From contig JBAYHK010000004.1 of assembly GCA_041666145.1 (NCBI GenBank), positions 20,542 to 84,541 on the forward strand: a DNA stretch of 64,000 nucleotides. Reading direction: 5' to 3'. Positions 40,129-49,776 of this stretch are shown here, piece after piece (position 1 is the first letter of the stretch; every line of letters starts with the position of its first letter). A program made the position numbers and the translations under genes. The notes beneath the pieces are model-generated. The model did no database searches. It saw only the letters and a program-made list of their open reading frames with translations, and had not been told where the DNA came from. The DNA comes from Patescibacteria group bacterium (GTDB lineage: Bacteria > Patescibacteriota > Patescibacteriia > UBA9934).

Positions 40129-40647
40129 ATGCTCACGCTCGCCCTTTTCCTCCTTCCTCTCATCCACTCCGCCAACGCCGACGCCTACGTCGTGGGATTC
40201 AAGGCCAATATCGCCGAGAACAACGTCATGCTACTAGCCGCACCCGAGGACCTCTGGTTCTCAGGAAATGGCGGCGGCGCGGTCACGTTCGAGTCACATA
40301 GAACCAGGTTCATGGACTCTAATTCCAGACTCGCACTTTCTGCCGGATGGAACCACCACGGTGGGTTCACCTTCGAAGGGAACTGGCGCATACGCGACCA
40401 GTTCTCGAGCTCAACCACCTTAGTCGCCGATCTCGTCGGATTCAGCATTGGCAGTGGAATACTGTCGCCGAACGACGAAAAACAACTAATGTTCATGACT
40501 GGCGGAGGCATCGAAATTCCTGTCATAAAAGGCGTCGATGTCCAGCTGATCGGCAAAGTCGGCATGGGAACAGCACGCGATGACAACCACGACTGGTTCA
40601 TCACCAACACGACATCTATCTACCTCGGCGCGTCACACGACTTCTGA
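40129..40647 (+). CDS. Secreted ORFan with outer-membrane beta-barrel-like pattern (SD-led cassette)
   Basis: Signal ...SANA-D, alternating strands, C-terminal IYLGASHDF; GGAG SD; TTTACT-17-TATCAT promoter. Confidence 0.72.
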   Translation: MLTLALFLLPLIHSANADAYVVGFKANIAENNVMLLAAPEDLWFSGNGGGAVTFESHRTRFMDSNSRLALSAGWNHHGGFTFEGNWRIRDQFSSSTTLVADLVGFSIGSGILSPNDEKQLMFMTGGGIEIPVIKGVDVQLIGKVGMGTARDDNHDWFITNTTSIYLGASHDF

Positions 40648-40798
40648 CCGAGAGCAAATAGACCAGTAACATGCTCGCCCCGCGCGAGTCGACAAGCCCC
40701 CAACTCGGGAGCCCGTCGTCTCGACGCGGGGTTTGTCTTCTCCAAATCAAAACGGCCCCTTTCGAGGCCGCCTTGAATCTTATTCTATAAACAACGAG

Positions 40799-42886
40799 CT
40801 ACTTCCCTGTGCGCTGCTCAACAATCGCTTTTGCGACGTTGTTTGGCACTTCCATATACTGACCAAACTCCATGGAATAACTTGCTCGACCCTGGGTCAT
40901 AGAGCGAAGAGATGTGGAGTAGCCGAACATTTCTGCAAGTGGAACAAGGGCCTTTACGAACTTGATATTTCCACGGTCACCCATTTCTTGAATCTGGCCG
41001 CGCTTTGAGTTCAAATCGCCGACCACGGATCCCATGAATTCATCTGGAGTGACTGCTTCGACTTTCATGACTGGCTCAAGAAGCACAGGCTGCGCCTTCT
41101 TAACTGCCTCTTGAAATGCGAGAGAGCCCGCCATTTTGAAAGCTGCTTCGTTCGAGTCAACATCGTGGTACGAACCATCGAAGACCGTTGCCTTGATGTT
41201 GATCAATGGGAACCCCGCGATAACACCTCTATCCATAGCTTCACGCGCACCTTTTTCAATTGCTGGAATGTATTCGCGTGGAACTGCGCCGCCCTTCACT
41301 TCGTCGAAGAACTCAAAGTTCTTTGCGGCAGGATCTGTATTTGGTTCAACACGCAACCACGCATGACCGTACTGACCTCGACCACCAGATTGCTTAATGT
41401 ACTTTCCTTCACCTTCTGCAACGCCACGAATGGTTTCACGATACGCAACCTGCGGACGACCAACGTTTGCTTCAACGTTGTATTCTCGGCGCATTCGATC
41501 AACGATGATTTCAAGATGCAGCTCACCCATACCAGCAATAATGGTTTGGTTTGAATCTGGATCTGTTGAAACATGGAATGTTGGATCTTCTTCTGCAAGC
41601 TTTTGAAGCGCGATTGCCATCTTTTCCTGGTCTGCTTTCGTCTTCGGCTCGAGTGCCTGCGAGATGACCGGCTCTGGGAAAGTAATCGATTCAAGAATCA
41701 CAGGATGATCTGGATCACACAACGTATTTCCCGTTGCTGTGTTCTTCAATCCCACAGCTGCTGCAATTTCCCCAGCGAACACTTCTTCTACGTCCTCTCG
41801 ACTATTTGCATGCAAACGAACGATTCTGGAAATACGCTCCTTATCTCCAGTTGCTGAGTTCAAGACGTAAGTTCCAGCTTTCAACGAACCTGAATACACG
41901 CGGAAGAATGCGAGCTTTCCAACGAATGGGTCTGCAGCAATTTTGAACGCAAGCGCAGCAAAAGGTGCGGTATCTTTCGGCAAACACTCAATAATTGTCT
42001 CAGCATCATCTGGGTCAAAACCCTTCATCGCTGGAACATCTAATGGAGATGGGAGGTAATCAACAACGGCGTCGAGCATCTGCTGAACACCTTTATTCTT
42101 CAACGCTGAACCGCAAAGAATTGGGAAAATTTTCAGTGCAATAACTCCCTTTCGAAGAGCGACTTTCAATTCTGGAACTGGAATATCCTCTCCGCCAAAG
42201 AATCGCTCAAGCAATCCCTCATCTTCTGCAACAATCGCTTCCACAAGCTTTGAACGATACTCGTCTGCCTTTGCTTTATATTCTTCTGGAATTTCAACTT
42301 CATCAATCGTTTTTCCTTGGTCATCGTGATAGATAAATGCCTTGCGAAGAAGAAGGTCGATAATGCCGACAAAATTTCCTTCTATTCCGATCGGCAACTG
42401 AATTGGATACGCATTCGGCGCCAAACGCTTATGAATCGATGCAATGTCCTTATAAAAGTCTGCACCAGTTCTGTCTAATTTGTTAATAAAACACACACGA
42501 GGCACATGATACTTATCCGCTTGGTGCCAAACAGTTTCAGACTGTGGCTCAACACCAGCAACACCGTCGAATACGGTAACGCCACCATCGAGAACACGAA
42601 GCGAACGCTCAACTTCAACAGTGAAGTCAACGTGGCCAGGAGTGTCAATAATGTTAATGCGATGGTCTTTCCAGAAACATGTTGTCGCAGCTGCAGTGAT
42701 CGTGATTCCACGTTCCTGCTCCTGCTCCATCCAGTCCATAGTCGCCTCACCTTCATGCACCTCACCGATTTTGTGCTTCTTTCCGGTGTAGAACAAAACA
42801 CGCTCAGTTGTTGTGGTCTTTCCTGCGTCAATATGCGCAATAATTCCTATATTTCGTACCCGTTCCAATGGATAATCGCGTTGCAT
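40799..42886 (-). CDS. fusA: Elongation factor G
   Basis: [25 protein letters not shown]. Confidence 0.98.
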   Translation of the reverse strand: MQRDYPLERVRNIGIIAHIDAGKTTTTERVLFYTGKKHKIGEVHEGEATMDWMEQEQERGITITAAATTCFWKDHRINIIDTPGHVDFTVEVERSLRVLDGGVTVFDGVAGVEPQSETVWHQADKYHVPRVCFINKLDRTGADFYKDIASIHKRLAPNAYPIQLPIGIEGNFVGIIDLLLRKAFIYHDDQGKTIDEVEIPEEYKAKADEYRSKLVEAIVAEDEGLLERFFGGEDIPVPELKVALRKGVIALKIFPILCGSALKNKGVQQMLDAVVDYLPSPLDVPAMKGFDPDDAETIIECLPKDTAPFAALAFKIAADPFVGKLAFFRVYSGSLKAGTYVLNSATGDKERISRIVRLHANSREDVEEVFAGEIAAAVGLKNTATGNTLCDPDHPVILESITFPEPVISQALEPKTKADQEKMAIALQKLAEEDPTFHVSTDPDSNQTIIAGMGELHLEIIVDRMRREYNVEANVGRPQVAYRETIRGVAEGEGKYIKQSGGRGQYGHAWLRVEPNTDPAAKNFEFFDEVKGGAVPREYIPAIEKGAREAMDRGVIAGFPLINIKATVFDGSYHDVDSNEAAFKMAGSLAFQEAVKKAQPVLLEPVMKVEAVTPDEFMGSVVGDLNSKRGQIQEMGDRGNIKFVKALVPLAEMFGYSTSLRSMTQGRASYSMEFGQYMEVPNNVAKAIVEQRTGK

Positions 42887-42900
42887 AAAAAATGAATGGT

Positions 42901-43368
42901 TTAGCGAGCAAGGTGTGCAAACGCTCGGTTTGCTTCTGCCATACGCTGCACATCAAGCTTCTTCTTTACAGCGTCACCCTCATTCTTAGAAGCAGAAATG
43001 AGCTCTTCTGCAAGCTTTTCACACATTGGGCGCCCTTTCTTTCCTCGTGCTGCGCCAAGAATCCAACGGTATGCCAAGGCATAACGACGGTCGCCGCGCA
43101 CTGGCATTGGAACCTGATAGTTCGCTCCACCAACACGCTTTGATTTCACTTCAACTGCTGGAGTGACATTCTTAATCGCGTTATCAAAAACTTCCATTGG
43201 ATCCTGGCTCGTTTCCGTTGCGATAATTTCAAACGCATCGTACACAATGCCGCGAGCAATAGACTTCTTTCCACTTTCCATGACGTAATTGACTAACTTG
43301 GCAACCAAAACGCTCCCGTATTTTGCATCAGGAGCGAGATTGCGCTTTGGAGCGGCTTTACCACGCAT
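42901..43368 (-). CDS. rpsG: 30S uS7
   Basis: [20 protein letters not shown]. Confidence 0.97.
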   Translation of the reverse strand: MRGKAAPKRNLAPDAKYGSVLVAKLVNYVMESGKKSIARGIVYDAFEIIATETSQDPMEVFDNAIKNVTPAVEVKSKRVGGANYQVPMPVRGDRRYALAYRWILGAARGKKGRPMCEKLAEELISASKNEGDAVKKKLDVQRMAEANRAFAHLAR

Positions 43369-43449
43369 ATTATGTTTATTTTGGCGACGATGTTCTTCCC
43401 ACGTGGTTCGTAGTACTCATCGTCTTGAATGAATTTGTGAAAAACTTCT

Positions 43450-43893
43450 CTACTTCTTCTTTGCAACTGCCTTACCTGCCTTTGGACGCTTTGTTCCGTA
43501 CCGTGAACGGCCACGATTGCGACCTTCCACGCCTGTTGCGTCGTATCGACCTCGAACAATGTGGTAACGAACACCTGGCAAGTCTTTCACACGACCGCCA
43601 CGAATCATGACGATAGAGTGTTCCTGCAGTCCATGGCCTTCGCCAGGAATGTATGCAGAGACTTCCGTTCCATTGCTCAAACGCACACGAGCAATTTTAC
43701 GCAAAGCCGAGTTTGGCTTTTTCGGAGTCATTGTGGTGACTTTCACACAGACACCGCGCTTGAATGGAGCACCTTTGCTCAAAATCGTGCGCTTACGGTG
43801 CAACGAGTCGAGCGTATATTGCATTGCCGGAGACTTGCTCTTCGACTTTGCTTTCGTGCGACCCGTGCGGATGAGTTGGTTGATCGTTGGCAT
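43450..43893 (-). CDS. rpsL: 30S uS12
   Basis: [23 protein letters not shown]. Confidence 0.97.
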   Translation of the reverse strand: MPTINQLIRTGRTKAKSKSKSPAMQYTLDSLHRKRTILSKGAPFKRGVCVKVTTMTPKKPNSALRKIARVRLSNGTEVSAYIPGEGHGLQEHSIVMIRGGRVKDLPGVRYHIVRGRYDATGVEGRNRGRSRYGTKRPKAGKAVAKKK

Positions 43894-43933
43894 AAAAAAT
43901 GTGCCCAGACTCTAACATAAGCGAAAAATTGGG

Positions 43934-44614
43934 TCAACCGCCAAAGTACACGCCAAGCAATGCGCCACAAGAGGCTCCAAGAAACTGACCGCAAAGCAAG
44001 AATGATGGAATCTGAATATAAGAGAAAGGATCGTAAGGCGTCACGATCGAGATCAAAATTAAACCTAAAAGTAGCTGATTCCCATATCGCAGCAGCCACG
44101 TCGCTAACCATTCCAAAGATGTTCCCGTTAACCAAACCGTCAAAAGCTTCGACCCGTCCAATGGGTGAATCGGAATCATGTTGAATATTGCAAGCATCAA
44201 ATTCGTGAGCACAAAAAAGACTAAAAATGGTCCGAGTGCAGTTCCGATAACATTCAAATCTGCAATCATCGCCACACGAAATGCAATACCACCGACCGCC
44301 GCAAGAATAATATTCGAAATGGGACCTGCAAATGCGATCATCACGTCATCGTACTTTGAACCTCGTAAATTCCTTGGGTCATACGGCACCGGCTTGGCCC
44401 ATCCGAATCCTAACGTTAAAAGCATGATCAGCCCCAACGGATCCAGATGCGCCAACGGGTTTAACGTCAATCGTCCCATCTGCTCCGCAGTATCGTCGCC
44501 TCGCCACTTCCCTACTGCTGCATGAGCAAACTCATGAATAGTCAACGCAATAATCAGCGCAGCAATCCATGTAAACGCAAGCATCGGTTCTGCAAAAAGT
44601 AATTGAAGCAACAT
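43934..44614 (-). CDS. Site-2 protease (M50)
   Basis: HEFAH, NMIPIHPLDG. Confidence 0.93.
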   Translation of the reverse strand: MLLQLLFAEPMLAFTWIAALIIALTIHEFAHAAVGKWRGDDTAEQMGRLTLNPLAHLDPLGLIMLLTLGFGWAKPVPYDPRNLRGSKYDDVMIAFAGPISNIILAAVGGIAFRVAMIADLNVIGTALGPFLVFFVLTNLMLAIFNMIPIHPLDGSKLLTVWLTGTSLEWLATWLLRYGNQLLLGLILISIVTPYDPFSYIQIPSFLLCGQFLGASCGALLGVYFGG

Positions 44615-44617
44615 ATG

Positions 44618-45913
44618 TTATATAACAGATACTTCAGCGCCCACAGCCTTGAGCTTGCCATACAAATCCTCATAACCACGCTCAAGATGCTCAAAACCCG
44701 TTAATGTCGATGTCCCTTCTGCAACTAATGCGGCGATGATACAAGCCAACCCAGCACGAATATCCAAAAGCTCGATTGTTGATCCATGCAGCGACGTTGG
44801 CCCCTTAATGATCGCCGAGTGCTTGTAGTTCTTATCTTTAAATCGACAGCCCACTTCTCCAAGACACGTATCGAACAATGTCACGTCTGCACCCATCTCC
44901 TTCAACACGTCGGTATAGCCAAATCGTTCTTCATACACTGTTTCGTGAATCACCGACGTTCCTTCGGCCTGCGTCATTGCCACCAAGAACGGCTGCTGCC
45001 AGTCCGTCATAAATCCTGGATGCGTATCTGTTTCAATCTGAAATCCGTGATATTTCGAGGCACCTTTAAACAAAATTCCATTCTTTCGCACTTCGTAGTC
45101 TCCCCCAAGCAGTCGCACCGCATTCAAAAAGGTCACCATATCTCTATGCGACGCTCCTTCACAGAAAATCTCCCCCCGCGTTGCCAGCGCCAAACTCCCA
45201 AACGAAGCCGCCTCCATTCTGTCTGGCAAAACGGTATGTTCGCAACCATGAAGTTTCTCGACTCCAATAATTTCAATATGACGTCCTGCTCCAAGTTCAA
45301 TGATCGCTCCCATCTTCTGCAACATCATGATGAGCTCAATGAGTTCTGGTTCGATTGCCGCATTCTTAATGACCGTTCGACCCTTCGCAAGCACCGCCGA
45401 AAACAACGCCGTCTCTGTTGCACCAACCGATGGATATGGCAAATCGATAACGCAACCCTTAAATCCGTTCACCGATGTCGCATGGTAGCCATCAACATCT
45501 CCAACAATCTTTGCGCCCATCGCCTCAAGAGTATCAACATGAAAATTGACTGGACGCGGACCAATCTTGTCTCCTCCGAGTGTTGGCACAAACGCTTCGC
45601 CGGTTCTATGAAGTAACGGCGCCAACGCCAAAATCGCCAAACGATTCTTTCTAGAAAGCGACATTGCAGACGACGACGCAATCTTTTCTACCCGCAACGT
45701 CAGCGTATGATCAGCTAAGTTCGATGTTGCTCCAAGCGTTGTAACAAGCTCCCGAGCAATCTCCGTCTCTTTCTGTAACGGAACGTTATGAAGAATAACC
45801 TCTTCATCCGTCAATAATGCTGCAATGATCATCTTACTTGCCGCATTTTTTGCACCCGCAATCTTTACCGTCCCCTTAAGCGGCTTTCCGCCCGTGATCG
45901 TCATGGTTTGCAT
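44618..45913 (-). CDS. murA: UDP-GlcNAc 1-carboxyvinyltransferase (Asp at the Cys115 position)
   Basis: GAKNAA, GGDKIGPRPV, PSVGATE, HPGFMTDWQ, DIRAG, LERGYE. Confidence 0.95.
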   Translation of the reverse strand: MQTMTITGGKPLKGTVKIAGAKNAASKMIIAALLTDEEVILHNVPLQKETEIARELVTTLGATSNLADHTLTLRVEKIASSSAMSLSRKNRLAILALAPLLHRTGEAFVPTLGGDKIGPRPVNFHVDTLEAMGAKIVGDVDGYHATSVNGFKGCVIDLPYPSVGATETALFSAVLAKGRTVIKNAAIEPELIELIMMLQKMGAIIELGAGRHIEIIGVEKLHGCEHTVLPDRMEAASFGSLALATRGEIFCEGASHRDMVTFLNAVRLLGGDYEVRKNGILFKGASKYHGFQIETDTHPGFMTDWQQPFLVAMTQAEGTSVIHETVYEERFGYTDVLKEMGADVTLFDTCLGEVGCRFKDKNYKHSAIIKGPTSLHGSTIELLDIRAGLACIIAALVAEGTSTLTGFEHLERGYEDLYGKLKAVGAEVSVI

Positions 45914-46122
45914 AATGTGAATAGTGTAAAGGGAAAGGCAGGAAAATGGAACGCGCGTTCAGGAATCAATGAAAGTTTTGAAAACGACACGTCATAACAA
46001 GCTACGGATCCCTCCTATCGTCGGGATGGGAAAAGAAAAAGATTCACCAAGTTAGAAAAAACAAAACGCCGTCATTTGCGACTCATTTCGATGAACAAGA
46101 CAAATTCTCAGAATCGATGGAA

Positions 46123-46247
46123 ACAAAACGTCATTATTCGAGGCTAATTTCAACGAACGAGGAGGAAAGTTCGTGAGACGTACCCAACGTACGTTGAACG
46201 AATTTCCGACAAGTGAGTTGAAAGTAGACCGAATAATGACGTTTTGT
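46123..46247. repeat. ~125-bp hairpin element, copy 3
   Basis: ACAAAACGTCATTATTCG / CGAATAATGACGTTTTGT arms; core nearly identical to copy 2. Confidence 0.85.
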
Positions 46248-46250
46248 GTA

Positions 46251-46412
46251 ACCGACGGAAGTCGTGAAATGGCCCGAAAGCCATATGTCTGCACAAGGCA
46301 GCGCTGAGTCCGCGTGTGCGTCTGTTAAGAAGCCGTTCGCACGGTGATCACACCGTTTGCTGCCTGGACTCTTTCACGAATGAATTAGGCAAATCACGAA
46401 ACCGTCGGTCAC
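46251..46412 (-). ncRNA. 6S RNA-like candidate
   Basis: ~160-nt rod: ACCGACGG/CCGTCGGT, TCGTGA/TCACGA, central bubble, AGGCAGC/GCTGCCT; extended -10 TGtTACGAT just upstream. Confidence 0.55.
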
Positions 46413-46423
46413 CATCATCGTAA

Positions 46424-46456
46424 CATAAAACCGCGAAAAAGATTCGCGGTTTTATG
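46424..46456 (-). terminator. Hairpin downstream of ndk
   Basis: CATAAAACCGCGAA-AAAGA-TTCGCGGTTTTATG. Confidence 0.65.
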
Positions 46457-46462
46457 AGTGAA

Positions 46463-46969
46463 TTATTTTGTTGGAAAGTGGAATTTATCATCAATCTTTC
46501 CGTATGACAGCAACTCTTCTGGCTTAAACCAAACAGCGATTTCTGTTTCTGCTTCTTCTGCCGACCCAGAAGCGTGAACAAGGTTGAATATGCCGACTCC
46601 TTTACTGTCCGCATATCCAAATGAAATATGGGAATAGTCTCCGCGGATCGTTCCCGGCGCTGCACTTTTTGGCTCTGTAGAACCAATCATTTTTCGTACA
46701 ACCTCCACCATCTCAACTCCCTCAAAAGCAATTGCGATGATTGGACCAGAAGTAATCAAGTCGATCATCATGGTTCGAACATGCTCACCACGACGCTTTG
46801 CCAAGTCTTCGGTGTAATGCTGCGCTGCGGTGTCCTTATCTGAAACAAGCATCTTCAGCCCGATCATTCGAGCACCAACACGTTCAAAACGAGTCACAAT
46901 CTCGCCAACAATGCCTCGCTGAATTGCATCTGGCTTCAAAAGAACCAGTGATCGTTGTAGATCTGCCAT
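46463..46969 (-). CDS. ndk: Nucleoside-diphosphate kinase
   Basis: LLKPDAIQRG, PGTIRGD, NLVHASGS. Confidence 0.95.
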   Translation of the reverse strand: MADLQRSLVLLKPDAIQRGIVGEIVTRFERVGARMIGLKMLVSDKDTAAQHYTEDLAKRRGEHVRTMMIDLITSGPIIAIAFEGVEMVEVVRKMIGSTEPKSAAPGTIRGDYSHISFGYADSKGVGIFNLVHASGSAEEAETEIAVWFKPEELLSYGKIDDKFHFPTK

Positions 46970-47024
46970 AGAAATTTCGCTAAGATTTGCGGGCAGTGTA
47001 TGAGAAAGTGAACAAAAAGGCAAA

Positions 47025-49415
47025 TTAATCTTCAGAGGTTTTTACAAAATCCTTCCAGAAATCAAAACGGATAGTTCCCTGTTCATCGGTTCGAAACGTA
47101 CGAACACCAAATGTACTCAATCGACCAAGAACGAAAGGGCTTGGATGGCCGTACGAATTTCCGGCACCAACCGAGATTACGGCGATTGATGGCGTTATCG
47201 ACTCAAGAAAGTCATCACTCGTTGACGTATCGCTTCCATGATGACCGACTTTCAATACGTCGATATGACCGAGACCCCCCCTCCTTAACAAGGAGGGGTC
47301 GGGGGAGGTAGCTTCAACGAGACCCTGCTCGACGCTGCTCTCCGCATCCCCCATAAACATCATCGACTCCTCCCCCACAGTCAACTTTGCCACGACTGAT
47401 CGATCGTGCGCATTCGATGAATTGACACCATCGGTTTCGCTCAACGGCCAGAGAATCTGCAACGTCGAATCATTACCAAGTTCCCAGGGCTCCATAGTCG
47501 CGCTTGCGATGATAGAAGGAACAGAAGAGTCTGCAACAGCCTGCGCAAGCGCTTCGGCAGAAGCGTCGGAGGAGCTGCCGCTCTGCACGACTTGTAAAAC
47601 CGAATAGGTACCTATAAGGCCAATAAGACCTATAGCGTGATCTGAATGAGGATGTGAGGAAATCACCACGTCAACAGAACGCTCCCACGGAAACCGCACA
47701 ATCGAAAGCGCTTCAAGCAAACCAAACCGCGTTGGCCCGCCGTCGATGATGATGTCACGATCTTTTCCGTCGATAAGTATTGCATCACCTTGCCCAACGT
47801 CGAAAACAAAAACGTGCGCTTTGGCACCGTTAAATCGTCCACCTCGCCACGCAATCGATGCGACTTGCACAACAAACAAAACAACCAAAACCCCACTAAC
47901 GATCAACGCTCTCTTTGAACTCCATGAATCAAGTTCGCGTTCGAAGGTTCTTGGAAAACGACGAATGGCTCCAAATACGATCGCAATAAGAATAATGAAC
48001 AACGCACGAAGAAGATTTGATTGAACCAAAATCGCTGCAAAAGGAATCTTCGATGCGGCGTCGATAACACTCGTTATTGTGGCGAGTACCGCCCATGTCG
48101 GCAACGCAATCCAAATGCCAATCGCCGACCATGCTGAAGAAAGCGCAATCGAAGCTGCGCCAAAAATCATGGCATACGGAACGAATGGCAATACCAAAAC
48201 ATTCACCAATGGCGCAACAATTGAAACTTTTCCAAAAGAGAAAACAATAACCGGCAATGTGGCGACCGTTGCAGCGAGCGTACTTGCTAAAGATTCTCGA
48301 AGACCAAACGTAGTCGGGATACGTTTTAAAAACGCCGACACTCGATCCGTAAAGAGAATCAAACCAATGGTCGCCGTTACCGAAAGCTGAAAACCAACAT
48401 CGTCGCGTAACAGCCTCGGTTCGAAGAGCAACATTGCAACAATCGTTAGCGCGAGAATGTTTCGCGGCGATGCGTGGCGGCCAATGTGACGAGAAGTTAA
48501 CGCGAGAATACCCATAATTCCTGCACGAACTACCGCTCCCCCAACACCAGCAAGAATGACAAACCCGCCGATGCATGCCACCACCAACGGAAAAGCTTGC
48601 TTACGATACAGGCCGATGGTGACGAAAAAAATCATCGCAAACTCTGCAACAATGGCAACGTTGTATCCGCTTGCGGCAACAATGTGCGACGTTCCAGTGA
48701 TTTGAAACTTTTCCTTCCACGCATGAGAAAACGAATTCTCGCCGATGAGTAATCCAAAAAGTAACGTTGCCTGCGGTTCTGGCAATATCGATCGTGTTTG
48801 ATGATCGATCCAGTCATGAACACCACCAACCGCAATCCAGAATCGATCACTCGTCGATTTCGAAATCGGTTCAACAACAAACGGCGCGCTCGATAACCGA
48901 CAAATCGCATATATCGACTTTGCAGCCAAGAATCGATCATATGCAAAACCGTCGAAAGGTTGCGGTTGTTCAAGAACACATGATGTTCGGATGTAGTCGC
49001 CGATACTTGCCGTTGACGAGATCGGAGCTTCAACGCGAATCCGATCGTCACGACGTACGTCATCGATAACTAATGAATCAAGAACATACGTGCTACCACT
49101 ATCATTCAAATCTGCACCAACAATCCGTCCTTCAACAATTGCAGAGCTGCCGATCTCGTTTGCGACTGAATTCTGCCCAGGACCAGCAACTGAATATCGC
49201 CCAATGCCAATTGCAAGACCGATGATGAAGATGGCGAGAATCAAGAATCGATCTCGCACCGATAATGATCGAACCAAGAACCCAATCATCACAGTCGACA
49301 CAACCGTCGCAAGCACCATCGAAGTCCCAGTCAACCAACTTGCAACTGCAATACCAAAACCGACGCCAAGGCATCCGTCAAAGAGGAGCCAGCTTGGCGT
49401 CGGTTCAATCCGCAC
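47025..49415 (-). CDS. comEC: Competence DNA uptake channel ComEC/Rec2 with MBL domain
   Basis: GTSHIVAASGYNV, GFQLS, DVGQGDA, SHPHSDH, KVGHHGS, NSYGHP. Confidence 0.93.
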   Translation of the reverse strand: MRIEPTPSWLLFDGCLGVGFGIAVASWLTGTSMVLATVVSTVMIGFLVRSLSVRDRFLILAIFIIGLAIGIGRYSVAGPGQNSVANEIGSSAIVEGRIVGADLNDSGSTYVLDSLVIDDVRRDDRIRVEAPISSTASIGDYIRTSCVLEQPQPFDGFAYDRFLAAKSIYAICRLSSAPFVVEPISKSTSDRFWIAVGGVHDWIDHQTRSILPEPQATLLFGLLIGENSFSHAWKEKFQITGTSHIVAASGYNVAIVAEFAMIFFVTIGLYRKQAFPLVVACIGGFVILAGVGGAVVRAGIMGILALTSRHIGRHASPRNILALTIVAMLLFEPRLLRDDVGFQLSVTATIGLILFTDRVSAFLKRIPTTFGLRESLASTLAATVATLPVIVFSFGKVSIVAPLVNVLVLPFVPYAMIFGAASIALSSAWSAIGIWIALPTWAVLATITSVIDAASKIPFAAILVQSNLLRALFIILIAIVFGAIRRFPRTFERELDSWSSKRALIVSGVLVVLFVVQVASIAWRGGRFNGAKAHVFVFDVGQGDAILIDGKDRDIIIDGGPTRFGLLEALSIVRFPWERSVDVVISSHPHSDHAIGLIGLIGTYSVLQVVQSGSSSDASAEALAQAVADSSVPSIIASATMEPWELGNDSTLQILWPLSETDGVNSSNAHDRSVVAKLTVGEESMMFMGDAESSVEQGLVEATSPDPSLLRRGGLGHIDVLKVGHHGSDTSTSDDFLESITPSIAVISVGAGNSYGHPSPFVLGRLSTFGVRTFRTDEQGTIRFDFWKDFVKTSED
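47275..47310. repeat. REP-like palindrome inside comEC, in frame
   Basis: CCCCCCCTCCTT-AAC-AAGGAGGGGTCGGGGGAGGT encodes TSPDPSLLRRGG. Confidence 0.7.
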
Positions 49416-49418
49416 AGT

Positions 49419-49730
49419 TTATGCCAATTTCAAGTGGTGTTTTACCATCACCATGTCTTCACGAAGTTCCTGAATCTGCGGAAGGATGTTGTCGTCGAGA
49501 ACATCGATGACTGCGTCGACAATCTCTCCCTTCATTCTGTCCATGCGTTCAATGAGCTCCTTCTTCATTGATTCCGCATTGGAATCCATTCTCCTGATCA
49601 AAGAAGCTTCAGACGCCTTCACTACCGAATATATCTCATCACGAATCTCACGCTTATGTTGCGCACCGAAAACTTCATTGTTCTCCCGGAACATTCCCCG
49701 GAGAATCTTAATGTCGTTTTTGTCGAGCAT
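49419..49730 (-). CDS. Small coiled-coil hypothetical protein
   Basis: 103-aa helical ORF co-oriented between leuS and comEC. Confidence 0.7.
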   Translation of the reverse strand: MLDKNDIKILRGMFRENNEVFGAQHKREIRDEIYSVVKASEASLIRRMDSNAESMKKELIERMDRMKGEIVDAVIDVLDDNILPQIQELREDMVMVKHHLKLA

Positions 49731-49776
49731 AAAGAAAGAATAAATTTTCTTCTTCTCTGGGGAGTAAGAATTATTT

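Noticed and set aside
46006-46030. GGATCCCTCCTATCGTCGGGATG repeat-like fragment
   Set aside because: Resembles half of a palindromic intergenic repeat but is single and incomplete in this window
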